Below are positions 16,209-27,066 of a DNA stretch of 64,000 nt, piece by piece; the stretch's first letter is position 1; every line of letters begins with the position of its first letter. The stretch comes from a virus. Below the pieces are notes generated by a model. That model did not search any database. It saw only the letters and a list, made by a program, of their open reading frames with translations, and had not been told where the DNA came from. Location of the stretch: UHGV virus genome UHGV-0332176, one strand, 5' to 3'. Made by a program: the position numbers and the translations under genes.

Positions 16209-18890
16209 ATGGCTGAAATTTTAGGAAATAAATTAAAAATAAATTCAATTGATATTATCCCTTCAACTATCAATCATAATGATGAATATTTAAAAGTTTC
16301 TAGTGATGAAACAAAATATGAATATGTTTCTAATGAAGAAATTAAAAATGAGTTAGATATTTCTTATAATAAAAATGCAACCGTTAATAAAGGTTATAAT
16401 AAAGCATATGATTTATGTTTAACTAATTTTTCAACTGGCTTATTAACATCAAATTGCAGTAATGGATTTGTTATTACAACAAATGGTTCACAATTAGATG
16501 GAAATTGGTCAGTATTAAATTCTTATCGGGGAATAATATTAGATGAATGGTATTCTGCAAAAGCTGATAACATATATCTTCAAATTCAATGCCCAATACC
16601 AATGGCATATACTGGTTTATTAAGAAAAGTTACTGATTGGTATGATAATGTTAGAGCTTATGAACCTTTAAATTTCATAGTTGAAGCATCAAATGATGGA
16701 CAAACCTTTAATGAGATATTTAATCATACAGAAACTGTTTTAGTGCCTCTTAATGTATATACCTATAATTTTAATGAAAACAAAGTAAAATATTTATATT
16801 GGAGATTTAGATACCCTACTGGTGGTGTATCTGGACAGCGTTTTTCTATGATGTTTCTTGGAGAGATTGAACCAAATATTTTTACTCAAACTGAATTTCA
16901 AAAAAATAACATTATTAAAATGCACCCATTTTGGATGCAGGAATTAATACCATACAGAACGACATATACTGATGCAGAAAATAATGGTACTGTATCAGGA
17001 AGTGAAAATATTACTGAATATAATGCTAATAATCAAATGTGGCAAGCATTCCGTGGTCGTGTAGATACTTCAAATCAAGGGTGGATGTCAGCAAATACTC
17101 AAGCAGTTCCTTGTGAGTTAAGATATACACCAACAAACATATATACACCTGGTTATTATTCTTTTTCTTTTAGAAAAGGTATATGGGGTGATACTTGGGG
17201 ATATACACCAATAAATGTTGCTATTGTTATTGTAGATGAAAATGATGTAGAATATCCAGTATGGCATAGAGTTATGCATTTAATTAATCCAGCTACATTT
17301 TCATCAGAAATTCTTTATATACCATTTTCATTTAAACAAGTAAAATGGAGAATTGATGCTAAGTATTCAACACGCGTTTCAATGGGTCATTGCCAAATTT
17401 TAAAATGTGAAAATATTGATTCTTATAATGCTGGTAATGTTAGAGTAGATTATAATATTTTTACTGCAACAAAAGGTCATAATATAAGAGCAGGTGGATA
17501 TTTCCATTTACCAACAATTGAATATAATGTTAGTGAAGATAATCCTTTAGAAGTTACTTTTCCTGATAATTCAAAGAAAACTTTTACATCATTATCTTCT
17601 ATTACAATAAAACCTCAAAAGAAATTTAGATTAATTACTCCAAAACATTTAGATTCAGAAACTTATAATCCAGCAACATTTGGAGAAGTAAGTAATAATC
17701 AAGATTATGTTAACATTGTACAAGGAACTTGTACAGGTATTGGTTCACAATTAGATTCATCAAGATATTTTTGGAAAGCTATTTGTACAGATGTACGAGC
17801 AGTTGATGATTGTTGGTTAACATCAAATAATGGTGCATTAGGTGGACCAATTTATACTTGGAATCAATTAAAACCAAAAGGTAGATATGTATTTAAATTT
17901 AATACTGGTTGGTGGCGAGATACAAATGGTTATTCAGCATCTGAAGTTAGAGTTCACGTAAGAAATGGTGATTCAGATAGCTGGAAAACTGTTTGGAATG
18001 TTGTTAATATTCCAGCAGCATATTCTACTTATTGGTGGTCACCTGTAATTGATATTGATTTTGAATTTAATCAAGTATATTTTGAAATGGTTTCACGAAA
18101 TCAAAGTTATCACGGTGGATTAGCTTGTTGTGCTGTTTTTCAAGAATGTGATTATGATTATCAAATTGGAACTGGTTGGTTAGTTTCTGATGATATTCGT
18201 CAAATTTATGAAAGAGCATATCAATATGCGTATGATTATCAAGAATCTCAAAATTTATATTTAAAAAAAGATGGAACAACTTATGGATTATCTAATTTAG
18301 TATATAGACAATCAGAACAACCATTAGAGCCAAAAGAAAATGATATTTGGTATAATAATAAACAAGAACCTTTAAGAGTTTATCAATATAAAAATAATGA
18401 ATGGGTTGCTTTTAATGATGTATTATTAGGTAATTTTAATTTAGTTAATGGTGTAATTCAATCATTTTATGATAATCCATATAATGATAATGGAACTTAT
18501 AAAAATTCAGATTGTATTTGGTCAAGTGAATTATCATTAACTGATGAAGCAACAATTGTTGATGGTGATGTTTTTACAATTACTAATTTAATATCTAATG
18601 TTTATCATAATTTAAATATTCAAGATACAACTAAATATAAAGCTGAATGCTATTTAAAATGTGTTGCTGAAGATTGTGGTTATGAACCAGGTGATATTGC
18701 TATGGGTACAATGATAGTTTTAACAGCAACTTTATTTGCTCAACCAATTCCATATTTAACAAAAAATACAATTGGTATTTGGACATCTAATTTAAATAAT
18801 GGTTGGAGAATTATTCATAAATGGTCAGGTCAAGTTGTAGAAGCAAATTGTAATAATTGGAGATTAGTATTTAAAATAAGGGAATTATAA
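16209..18890 (+). CDS. large receptor-binding or tail-spike-like protein with a C-terminal GYEPGDIA...W(R/K)(I/L)(I/V)F(K/R)I module
   Basis: 893 aa. The C-terminus is paralogous to the next two genes. Confidence 0.65.
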   Translation: MAEILGNKLKINSIDIIPSTINHNDEYLKVSSDETKYEYVSNEEIKNELDISYNKNATVNKGYNKAYDLCLTNFSTGLLTSNCSNGFVITTNGSQLDGNWSVLNSYRGIILDEWYSAKADNIYLQIQCPIPMAYTGLLRKVTDWYDNVRAYEPLNFIVEASNDGQTFNEIFNHTETVLVPLNVYTYNFNENKVKYLYWRFRYPTGGVSGQRFSMMFLGEIEPNIFTQTEFQKNNIIKMHPFWMQELIPYRTTYTDAENNGTVSGSENITEYNANNQMWQAFRGRVDTSNQGWMSANTQAVPCELRYTPTNIYTPGYYSFSFRKGIWGDTWGYTPINVAIVIVDENDVEYPVWHRVMHLINPATFSSEILYIPFSFKQVKWRIDAKYSTRVSMGHCQILKCENIDSYNAGNVRVDYNIFTATKGHNIRAGGYFHLPTIEYNVSEDNPLEVTFPDNSKKTFTSLSSITIKPQKKFRLITPKHLDSETYNPATFGEVSNNQDYVNIVQGTCTGIGSQLDSSRYFWKAICTDVRAVDDCWLTSNNGALGGPIYTWNQLKPKGRYVFKFNTGWWRDTNGYSASEVRVHVRNGDSDSWKTVWNVVNIPAAYSTYWWSPVIDIDFEFNQVYFEMVSRNQSYHGGLACCAVFQECDYDYQIGTGWLVSDDIRQIYERAYQYAYDYQESQNLYLKKDGTTYGLSNLVYRQSEQPLEPKENDIWYNNKQEPLRVYQYKNNEWVAFNDVLLGNFNLVNGVIQSFYDNPYNDNGTYKNSDCIWSSELSLTDEATIVDGDVFTITNLISNVYHNLNIQDTTKYKAECYLKCVAEDCGYEPGDIAMGTMIVLTATLFAQPIPYLTKNTIGIWTSNLNNGWRIIHKWSGQVVEANCNNWRLVFKIREL

Positions 18891-20803
18891 TGACACAAAT
18901 TAATCCAAAAGTAGAATATGATAATTTAGAAGGATTTCCAACATATAATGGAAATGAAATTCATTATATTAAAAGTACCGATGATTTAATAAATTTAAAA
19001 GATGTTTCATTGGATACTGTAAAAACAGAAATGAATTTTAATAATCCACAAATATTAAATTATAATTATATTAAAGAAGCTCCAAAAAATATTTTACAAA
19101 ATATTCAAAAAGAAATTTTTACATTTCCTGTTATGACTGCTAATGAAACTGTTATTGGAGATTTAACATATATTGCATCAAGTTCATCACAATATAATGA
19201 TACTTATGCAGCGTGGAAAGCATTTACAGGTACATTTGCAGCTGAAACAGATGCTTGGCAATCTCAAGTATTACCAACAGTTGATGCACCACAATGGTTA
19301 AAAATTTATTGTGGTGGTCAAGATATATTTCCATTATATTGGATAATTGGAAATTGTGGTTCATATACTCGTTCAATGAAAAATTTTATTATTCAAGGCT
19401 CAAATGATGATTCTCAATGGACTGATTTAGTAACAGATATTAATTATTCTAATATAGCTAATGATACATTTTATGTTTATTCTACTATTAAAAATCAATC
19501 ATTTAAATATTTTAGAATTTATATTACAACAGGAAATGCTACTGATTTAGTAAAAGTTGGTAATTGGTCAATGGTTGGTTATTTAAATTCTTCTACAATT
19601 ACTATTCCTTCTAATATTAATGAACAAAACCCTTTAATTTATATTGATGATAATGGTGAATCTCATACAATTACAGATAATTTAACTATAAATGTTACAC
19701 CAACAAGTTATACAAATATTGTTCCTCATATGAATAGTAATGCTGAACAAGGTTGGACATTAACAAGTAATAGAATGAATGGTTATACTTATGCTCAACC
19801 ATATTATATGACAAATGGAATTAATACTCAAGGTTTCCATTGCAATACTGCAATTGCAACTAATAATATAAGTTATGTTTCATATACAAGAGATACATCA
19901 TTTACACCTGTTGCATTTAAAATTAAAAATAGATGGGATTATGGAAGTGATATTAGTTATGAAGCAATAGTTGGTTTTAATGTTAAAAATGAAAAATCAA
20001 ATGTTTTATATAGAACTAACCAACATTATCGTTTAGCTCAAAATACTTGGCAAGAATTTAGATTACAACGGATTGAACCTTGTATGTCATTTATAATTGA
20101 AGCATTTAATTCCGATAATACTAATGCTTATCATAATTATGGTAGAGGATTTGAAATTTTAGTAGAAGATAATAATGGTACAGATTTCTTAGAATGGAGT
20201 ACATCATATATCTTTTTAAATACAACTACTGAACAATTAGTAGAAGAAAAAGGTGATTTTATTATTTCTCAAGTAATGCCTTCAACACCTAAAAATAATG
20301 ATTTATGGTTAAGTATTTTAGATAAAGGTAGAGTTTATAAATTTAATGGTACTTCGTGGGATTTAACAACTTATATTCCTATTGCGATGATTGTATATAA
20401 CTATTATCAAATTTCATCAGTATATAATTATCCTTTAAATGCTAATTGGTATGATTTAACTACTAAATCAATGTGGAAATCTCCTGAATTAATGCCAGCA
20501 ACAAATAGTTGGATTATGTATCCTCATAATCAACAATTTCAAAATATTAAAACAAAATTTTATGATATGATTTTAATTAATAAAATTGCAGAATTTGGAT
20601 ATGAACCAGGTGATATTGCAGAAGGAGTGTCTATTGATTATGTAGCAACTGATAATCGTTATCCAACAGTATTTTTAGATAATAAATTTATTGGTATACA
20701 TACAGGAACATTAAATACAGGTATATCAATATTACAAAAAAATAGTTCAGTTGAACAATATATAACATTAGCCAATTGGCGTATAATATTTAGAATATGG
20801 TAA
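18890..20803 (+). CDS. receptor-binding protein with an F5/8 type C (discoidin/CBM32-like) carbohydrate-binding domain
   Basis: YAAWKAFTGT..DAWQSQVLP..PQWLKIYCGG..IQGSNDDSQWT. C-terminal GYEPGDIAEG...ANWRIIFRIW. Confidence 0.7.
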   Translation: MTQINPKVEYDNLEGFPTYNGNEIHYIKSTDDLINLKDVSLDTVKTEMNFNNPQILNYNYIKEAPKNILQNIQKEIFTFPVMTANETVIGDLTYIASSSSQYNDTYAAWKAFTGTFAAETDAWQSQVLPTVDAPQWLKIYCGGQDIFPLYWIIGNCGSYTRSMKNFIIQGSNDDSQWTDLVTDINYSNIANDTFYVYSTIKNQSFKYFRIYITTGNATDLVKVGNWSMVGYLNSSTITIPSNINEQNPLIYIDDNGESHTITDNLTINVTPTSYTNIVPHMNSNAEQGWTLTSNRMNGYTYAQPYYMTNGINTQGFHCNTAIATNNISYVSYTRDTSFTPVAFKIKNRWDYGSDISYEAIVGFNVKNEKSNVLYRTNQHYRLAQNTWQEFRLQRIEPCMSFIIEAFNSDNTNAYHNYGRGFEILVEDNNGTDFLEWSTSYIFLNTTTEQLVEEKGDFIISQVMPSTPKNNDLWLSILDKGRVYKFNGTSWDLTTYIPIAMIVYNYYQISSVYNYPLNANWYDLTTKSMWKSPELMPATNSWIMYPHNQQFQNIKTKFYDMILINKIAEFGYEPGDIAEGVSIDYVATDNRYPTVFLDNKFIGIHTGTLNTGISILQKNSSVEQYITLANWRIIFRIW

Positions 20804-20811
20804 GGTAAAAA

Positions 20812-22518
20812 ATGGCAAATAAAACAAGTTATACAAATGTAGAGGGTTTAGTACCATTAAAAAATAATGGAAATAAATTTATTGGTATTAAAAATAATCA
20901 ATTACAAGCAGTATCTAATGAAAATTTATTAGATTCATTTAATATTAGTCAAAGAATACCATTTAGTGTTAATACTTGTTCAGATACTTTTATTAAGCCA
21001 TATGGTATTATTTCAAGTGGAAATGAAATTATATTATATCCAATGAAATTAATGGATTCAAGTAATACTATTGAAATAAATTTAACTGAAACATTAACTA
21101 AAAATATGAATTTATTTGCTGAAGGAAATAATCAGGGTTGTAAAGATAATTCTTATACAAAATGGCAACAACCTGTTATGACTGGTGAATATACTCCTTA
21201 TGGTCATTGTTTTCAATCACAAGGAACAATGACATCAGCTCCTTATATGGCAATGGATGGTGTTATTGATTCTCCATTAAATCAATGGTTAGCATCTACA
21301 ATTAATTCAACTTGGATATATACAAATACTAATCCAATTATTGTTGAATCACTTTATTTACATAATACTAATACAGCTAATAGAAGTAGAGATTTAGATA
21401 TTTTTATTAATGAAGATATTAATCAAAAAATTTTAGAAAATTATGTATGTTCGCCAGATGTATATGATATTAATTATATTAATATTCCTGCTGAAAATAG
21501 AATTGAATCATCATCTATTGGTATTTTAGTTAAAACTGCTTTTGCAGGAACAACTGTTGGATTTACAGAAATTGAAATAAATGCTAAAACTAAATATGTT
21601 CAACCTAATACATACTACAATGTATTTTTAATTACAAATAAAGAACAAACTAAAGTTGATTTTATAATTACAACTGATAAACAACCAATTATGCCTTCTG
21701 GATTTGAAGATGGTTATTATGCTTATGTTAAACAAGTACAAACAGATTTAATTTATAATATTTTTGAAACATCTTTAGGTGATGGTTTAGTGTTTGATAT
21801 GAGTCGTCCATTAACTATTACAGATTGTAATAATCAAACAACCATTATTACAAATGAATTACCTATAATAAAATTTAATGATACTGATTTAACTAAGGAA
21901 ATTATTCATACTGTATATTGTAAAAGTGATGGAACAATATATGATAGAACCGCTAAATTTTATAAAAATTTAGATTCGTTACCAACTGCGTATCAAATTG
22001 GAGAAGTAGCTTTCATTACTGGTAATTATGCTAATGGAAAAGCATTTGAATGGGATGGAGAAAATTGGATAGACTTTAATGATGTTCCTATTTGTGAAGT
22101 ATATCGTTATAATAATAAATCCATAGCAATTAATCAATTTCCTTGCAATAACAATTTTTATATTAAATCTCTACAAAATGATGTATGGATTCACGAAGAA
22201 ACAATGAAATTAGGATTTAATTATATAATTCCTCATAATTTAAATATTGAAGATATTTCAGATTATAAATTTGATTGTCAAATGTTATGTATTCAAGCTG
22301 ATGCAGGTTATTTACCAGGTGAATTAGCAATGTGTCCAACATTAGTTTTTAATGCAACAAATAACATTCGTAATATTCAGCCATATTTAACAAAAAATTA
22401 CATTGGTTTAATGTCAGGAACAGTTAATACAGGTTTTTGGGTTGTAAACAAAACAAGAGGATATGCTTGGGATGCTAATCTTTCTTGTTGGAAACTCATA
22501 TTTAGAATTTGGAAATAG
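20812..22518 (+). CDS. receptor-binding protein with a discoidin-like domain
   Basis: MAMDGVIDSPLNQWLAST..STWIYTNTNPIIVESLYLHNTN. C-terminal GYLPGELAMCP...CWKLIFRIWK. Confidence 0.7.
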   Translation: MANKTSYTNVEGLVPLKNNGNKFIGIKNNQLQAVSNENLLDSFNISQRIPFSVNTCSDTFIKPYGIISSGNEIILYPMKLMDSSNTIEINLTETLTKNMNLFAEGNNQGCKDNSYTKWQQPVMTGEYTPYGHCFQSQGTMTSAPYMAMDGVIDSPLNQWLASTINSTWIYTNTNPIIVESLYLHNTNTANRSRDLDIFINEDINQKILENYVCSPDVYDINYINIPAENRIESSSIGILVKTAFAGTTVGFTEIEINAKTKYVQPNTYYNVFLITNKEQTKVDFIITTDKQPIMPSGFEDGYYAYVKQVQTDLIYNIFETSLGDGLVFDMSRPLTITDCNNQTTIITNELPIIKFNDTDLTKEIIHTVYCKSDGTIYDRTAKFYKNLDSLPTAYQIGEVAFITGNYANGKAFEWDGENWIDFNDVPICEVYRYNNKSIAINQFPCNNNFYIKSLQNDVWIHEETMKLGFNYIIPHNLNIEDISDYKFDCQMLCIQADAGYLPGELAMCPTLVFNATNNIRNIQPYLTKNYIGLMSGTVNTGFWVVNKTRGYAWDANLSCWKLIFRIWK

Positions 22519-22553
22519 TATAAATATTTTATATAAGAAATGAAGGATTATGT

Positions 22554-23279
22554 ATGTCTACAATTTATGATATAGCTGGTACAAGTGCAAATTCATTTAA
22601 TTTAAATGGTAAGGTAACATTATTACAAGGTGATGAAGCTCCACAAATATATCAAGGAGTTGATGGTGATGTTTATTTTAGAACAAATGGTTTAATTTAT
22701 TCTAAACAAAATGGAACTTGGTTAAACTTATCATCTGCATCATTACCAGATGCTGCAACAGGTGATGGTAAATTTATTGTTTCTAATGGACAAAACTATG
22801 AATTTTATGATTTATCTGTTAATGATATTGCATTTTTATCAAGAAATAATGTATTTACAGGTAGCAATACATTTAATAATGTTGTTCAAGGTACAGCATT
22901 CAGAACTTATTGGGGTGACTTAGCTGAAATTTATGAAACTGATAAGGAATATCCAAAAGGTACATTGGTTAAATTTGGTGGTGATAAAGAAATTACAATA
23001 GCCGATACACAAGTTAATGCAGTAATTTCTTCAGAACCTGGTTTAATTTTAAATACTCAAAATAAAACAGGTCAAGCTATTGCATTAATTGGTAGAGTTC
23101 CTGTTAGAGTTATTGGTAATTGTAAAAAATTTGATTATTTAACATTATCAGATGTTCCAGGTGTTGCAACTGTATTAGAAGATAATGAATTTCCATTAAA
23201 TGTTATTGCAAGAGCATTAGAAAATAAAGATTATGTTGAAGAAGGTCTAGTTCTTTGTGTTATAAAATTTGATTTATAA
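22554..23279 (+). CDS. hypothetical structural protein
   Basis: ORF within the structural block, followed by a terminator. Confidence 0.5.
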   Translation: MSTIYDIAGTSANSFNLNGKVTLLQGDEAPQIYQGVDGDVYFRTNGLIYSKQNGTWLNLSSASLPDAATGDGKFIVSNGQNYEFYDLSVNDIAFLSRNNVFTGSNTFNNVVQGTAFRTYWGDLAEIYETDKEYPKGTLVKFGGDKEITIADTQVNAVISSEPGLILNTQNKTGQAIALIGRVPVRVIGNCKKFDYLTLSDVPGVATVLEDNEFPLNVIARALENKDYVEEGLVLCVIKFDL

Positions 23280-23305
23280 TTTTTTATTTTTGCTTTCTTT
23301 TATTA

Positions 23306-23336
23306 AATCCTCTATATTTGTATAGGGGATTTTTTA
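23306..23336 (+). terminator. rho-independent terminator
   Basis: aatcctctata-tttg-tataggggatt hairpin plus T-run. Confidence 0.55.
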
Positions 23337-23368
23337 TAATAAATAATTAATATAATTGGAGAAAATAT

Positions 23369-24136
23369 ATGGTAAAATTTTCATATAAATTAGTAAAAAC
23401 AGATAAAATAGTTCGTAAAGATGAAAATAAACATAAAATAATTGAATTAATTCCTCATAATGATATTACAAAAGAGGAATTAATAGATTTATTAAAATAT
23501 GTTTATGATTTAGAAAATAATGAAAAATTTAAAGATAATATTTTATTAAAATTAAAAGGATTAAATACTGACTTAATTGAAGAATCTATTAAATATTCTT
23601 TGACAAGAGAAGATTTAAAAGACCCTTTAATGATTTTAAATATTATTAATTTAATTAAAATTTATAATAATTTAAATGATAATTTTTTCCAAGATGAAAA
23701 TATCTATATTGATTCAAAAAAGCAATTATTAGATATTAAAAAACATATTAAACAAGAATTAAAAGATTTTATTAAAAAATTAAGTATCTACTTTATTTCA
23801 ATAATTAAATCTTATAATAAAGTAACTTATACCTCTCTTGATACTTATACTGTTTTACCAAATATTTATAAAACAATATTTTTATCATCTGACTTTTTAA
23901 CATTAGCAGGTATTTTATCAGTATCAGATTCATTTAATACAGAAGAATGTGTTACTGTTAAGGATTCATTTACATATGTTTCTTCATTATTAACAAAAAA
24001 TTTATTAAGTATTAATTTAATGAATAACTTTTTTAAAGATTTTGATGAAAAAATAAAAAAGGATAAAAATGACAATAGCAACCAATCAAGTAATTGTTTA
24101 TCAAGATTTATTAGATTTTGTTTTAACAAATCTTAA
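23369..24136 (+). CDS. hypothetical K/N/I-rich protein
   Basis: 255-aa ORF with GGAGAAAA ribosome-binding site. Confidence 0.45.
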   Translation: MVKFSYKLVKTDKIVRKDENKHKIIELIPHNDITKEELIDLLKYVYDLENNEKFKDNILLKLKGLNTDLIEESIKYSLTREDLKDPLMILNIINLIKIYNNLNDNFFQDENIYIDSKKQLLDIKKHIKQELKDFIKKLSIYFISIIKSYNKVTYTSLDTYTVLPNIYKTIFLSSDFLTLAGILSVSDSFNTEECVTVKDSFTYVSSLLTKNLLSINLMNNFFKDFDEKIKKDKNDNSNQSSNCLSRFIRFCFNKS

Positions 24137-24689
24137 AGCAAAATGCTCAAATATTGATACTTTTGCAAGTAATGTTCCTGTTTCTTTACGAAATGGTTCA
24201 AGTTATGTATTAGCTTCTACTCCTGGCGGAAATGGAACAGTAACAGCAACTGGTACAGTTAATGATAGTTTATTAGTAACTGTTCCTACTGCAACAGTTG
24301 AACAACAATTGAATGATTTTTTAATTGCCAGAGGAATTAAAAACAAACCTGATAGAGTAGTTGCTTTTAAAGATATTATGAATTTTTATAATAATATTGC
24401 GTCATTTTTGGCTACAAAATTAATGTTTGTAAGTAATAGTTTTGGTAGTGGAACATTTATTTTTTATAATAGTGCAAATAATTCATATCCATCTGTAAAT
24501 TTAAATGTATCAGATATTAATTTTACTAATCCTGAAATTAAAACAAGCATTACAGATTTAATGAATGCAATTAATAATGTTTCAAATACTCACTATGCAG
24601 CAACAACTATTGTTTATACGTGTTCATCAAGTAGTTCATCAAGTTGTTCTTCATCAAGTTCAATGTTTATTGCATATATGGATATATAA
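24069..24689 (+). CDS. Ser/Thr/Asn-rich protein with a C-terminal poly-Ser/Cys tail (TCSSSSSSSCSSSSS); paralogue of the next gene
   Basis: AAGGAT ribosome-binding site; shared block ..FL..I....K.......F..F.N.I.SF..TKL.F.... Confidence 0.45.
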   Translation: MTIATNQVIVYQDLLDFVLTNLKAKCSNIDTFASNVPVSLRNGSSYVLASTPGGNGTVTATGTVNDSLLVTVPTATVEQQLNDFLIARGIKNKPDRVVAFKDIMNFYNNIASFLATKLMFVSNSFGSGTFIFYNSANNSYPSVNLNVSDINFTNPEIKTSITDLMNAINNVSNTHYAATTIVYTCSSSSSSSCSSSSSMFIAYMDI

Positions 24690-25240
24690 TGGCTTTACAA
24701 AATATTACATACAACGAAATAGTTGAAACAGTTAAAAATTATATTAAAACAAATTGTATGAATATTGCAAATTTTGGAGCAATTCCAGCTGCCTTTAAAG
24801 CAGGTTATACATTATCAGGAAATATTAGTTCTTCAGGTGATAGATATACTTCTAAATATGTTGTAACAATTACAAGAGCTGTTACACAGGTTGCATCAAG
24901 TGTTGTTGATACAGATATGAATAATTTTTTAACAACAATTAATGTAACTAATAAATTAAATAATAATATTCCTGCAAGTGAATTTATTAATTTTATTAAT
25001 GATATAGTTAGTTTTTGTTCAACAAAATTATGCTTTGCAACTAGTCAATATGATGGAAATAGATATTTAATTTATTATACACCTAATACTTCATATTCTT
25101 CAATTGTTTCAATTAATACAAATGAAAGTAATAAAATTGTTCAAGCAAATGATGTTAATTCAATATTAAATATGCTTTTGAATGTTATTAAACAAAATAT
25201 CAGAAATGTCCCTTGTACATATAATATTGCATTATCATAA
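24689..25240 (+). CDS. Ser/Thr/Asn-rich protein, paralogue of 24069-24689
   Basis: Start taken at MALQNITYNE, ATG 24689. Confidence 0.45.
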   Translation: MALQNITYNEIVETVKNYIKTNCMNIANFGAIPAAFKAGYTLSGNISSSGDRYTSKYVVTITRAVTQVASSVVDTDMNNFLTTINVTNKLNNNIPASEFINFINDIVSFCSTKLCFATSQYDGNRYLIYYTPNTSYSSIVSINTNESNKIVQANDVNSILNMLLNVIKQNIRNVPCTYNIALS

Positions 25241-25288
25241 TTTAATTGATATACTTTTCTTTAATAAAAATATTGAAGGAAACATATT

Positions 25289-26155
25289 ATGAATTGTAAA
25301 CCTGTTTATGAATTTTTATTATGGGATAATTGTAATAATCATTGTAAATTTTGCTGGCAACGAGAAAATCCTCGCTTATTTAATAAATCTCAACGAGAAA
25401 TCATTTTAAATAATGTAATTAAATTTATTAATAGTAATAAATTTAAAAAAGATAGTCATATTCTCATTGTTGGCGGAGAAATTTTTGATAATCCATCTGA
25501 TTTTGAATTATTAGATACATTTTTTTGCCAAATACTTGAATTTATGATTAATGGAACAATTGATTTATTATATATCAATACAAATCTAATATATAAAGAT
25601 TTAACAGGTATTATTCGTTTAATTAAACGAATAGAAACATTAAATTTATTTGATAGATTAAGATTTACAACATCCTTTGATATAGAAGGAAGATTTAAAT
25701 CAGAAGATGATAAACAATTAATGTTATCTAATTTAAAACTTTTAACAGGAATTTATGATAAATTGCAAGTTGTTACAAATATCATTTTAACTAAACCTAT
25801 GTGTCAAGCAATTATTAATGATAAATTTAGTGTTGGACAATTTATGAAAAAATATAAATGCTGGGTTAATCTAATTCCATATATTGTTTTAGATAATAAT
25901 TTAACAGCGGATAGAGAAGAAATATTTTCAACATTACAAAAAGTTGATGAAGAAAATAATGGTTATTTACAAAAATATATTACAAATTTAGATTTAGCAC
26001 AAGATAAGTTATTATATATGTATAAAGATAATAAATTTCAATTTTGTAGTTGTGAAAATTCTGAATGTGGACATTCAATAAACTTTAAGAAATATTCAGA
26101 TACTAATGATTGTTATATTTGTGATTTAAAGGAATTATTCAATGGAAAAATTTAA
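25289..26155 (+). CDS. radical SAM family protein (paralogue 1) with CNNHCKFC, GGE motif and a C-terminal CGH...CxxC cluster
   Basis: CxxxCxxC at residues 15-22, IVGGEIF, C-terminal CGHSINFKKYSDTNDCYICD. Confidence 0.65.
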   Translation: MNCKPVYEFLLWDNCNNHCKFCWQRENPRLFNKSQREIILNNVIKFINSNKFKKDSHILIVGGEIFDNPSDFELLDTFFCQILEFMINGTIDLLYINTNLIYKDLTGIIRLIKRIETLNLFDRLRFTTSFDIEGRFKSEDDKQLMLSNLKLLTGIYDKLQVVTNIILTKPMCQAIINDKFSVGQFMKKYKCWVNLIPYIVLDNNLTADREEIFSTLQKVDEENNGYLQKYITNLDLAQDKLLYMYKDNKFQFCSCENSECGHSINFKKYSDTNDCYICDLKELFNGKI

Positions 26156-27062
26156 AAATAAAAATCGTTTTATTCAATTTGAATTATGGAAAGACTGTAG
26201 TTTAGGTTGTAAATTTTGTTTTAATAAAAAACAAAAAGATGTTAATAAAATTGAATCTTTACAATTTGTTTTAAATAAATTAGATGATTCCGAAATGTTA
26301 GATTATAATGAAATTGGTTTTATTGGCGGAGAATTTTTTAATAATGAATTAAAAGATAATGATGTTAAACAACTTTTTTATAATTTATTTAAAAAACTTT
26401 CTACTATGCATTTTGAAAAAATATATATTACAGGAGCATTAATGTATGATATGCAACAATATCTTATCCCTTTTTTAAATTATTTAAAAAAATTAAAAAT
26501 ATTAGAAAAAGTTTTATTATGCACATCATATGATTTAAAATATCGTTTTTATACAAAAGAAAGAGAAGATTTATGGAAAAATAATATGTTAACACTTCAT
26601 AAATTATATCCAGAATTAAAATTACATACTGAAACAGTTATTACTCAATATTTTATTGATGCAGTTTTAAATGATGAATTTAGTATAACTGAATTTTGTA
26701 ATACATATCATACCAGATTAGATTATATTGAACCAACATCAGGATTATATTATAAAGATAAGCAAGAATGTATGAAAGATATTCCTGATTTTTTTCCAAC
26801 AAAAGATAGTTTTATTGATTTTATGATGAAAACAGGTGTAGAATCAAATGAAATAGATTTAAAAACATTTTTATCTATGGAAATACGTTCAAATAAATTA
26901 TATTATTTAGATGAAGGTATAAGATGTGTTTCAGCAAATAGACGTGAAAATGATGGAATGATTGTTCCAAAAGATAGTTCTATTAAATATGAAATTGGGT
27001 TTGCAGATTCTGATGATAATATGCCAGAATTAGTTAGAGATTTTTGTTTAACAGTAGGATAA
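26142..27062 (+). CDS. radical SAM family protein (paralogue 2, divergent, lacks the C-terminal Cys motif)
   Basis: FELWKDCSLGCKFCFN and GFIGGEFF. Confidence 0.6.
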   Translation: MEKFKNKNRFIQFELWKDCSLGCKFCFNKKQKDVNKIESLQFVLNKLDDSEMLDYNEIGFIGGEFFNNELKDNDVKQLFYNLFKKLSTMHFEKIYITGALMYDMQQYLIPFLNYLKKLKILEKVLLCTSYDLKYRFYTKEREDLWKNNMLTLHKLYPELKLHTETVITQYFIDAVLNDEFSITEFCNTYHTRLDYIEPTSGLYYKDKQECMKDIPDFFPTKDSFIDFMMKTGVESNEIDLKTFLSMEIRSNKLYYLDEGIRCVSANRRENDGMIVPKDSSIKYEIGFADSDDNMPELVRDFCLTVG

Positions 27063-27066
27063 TATT

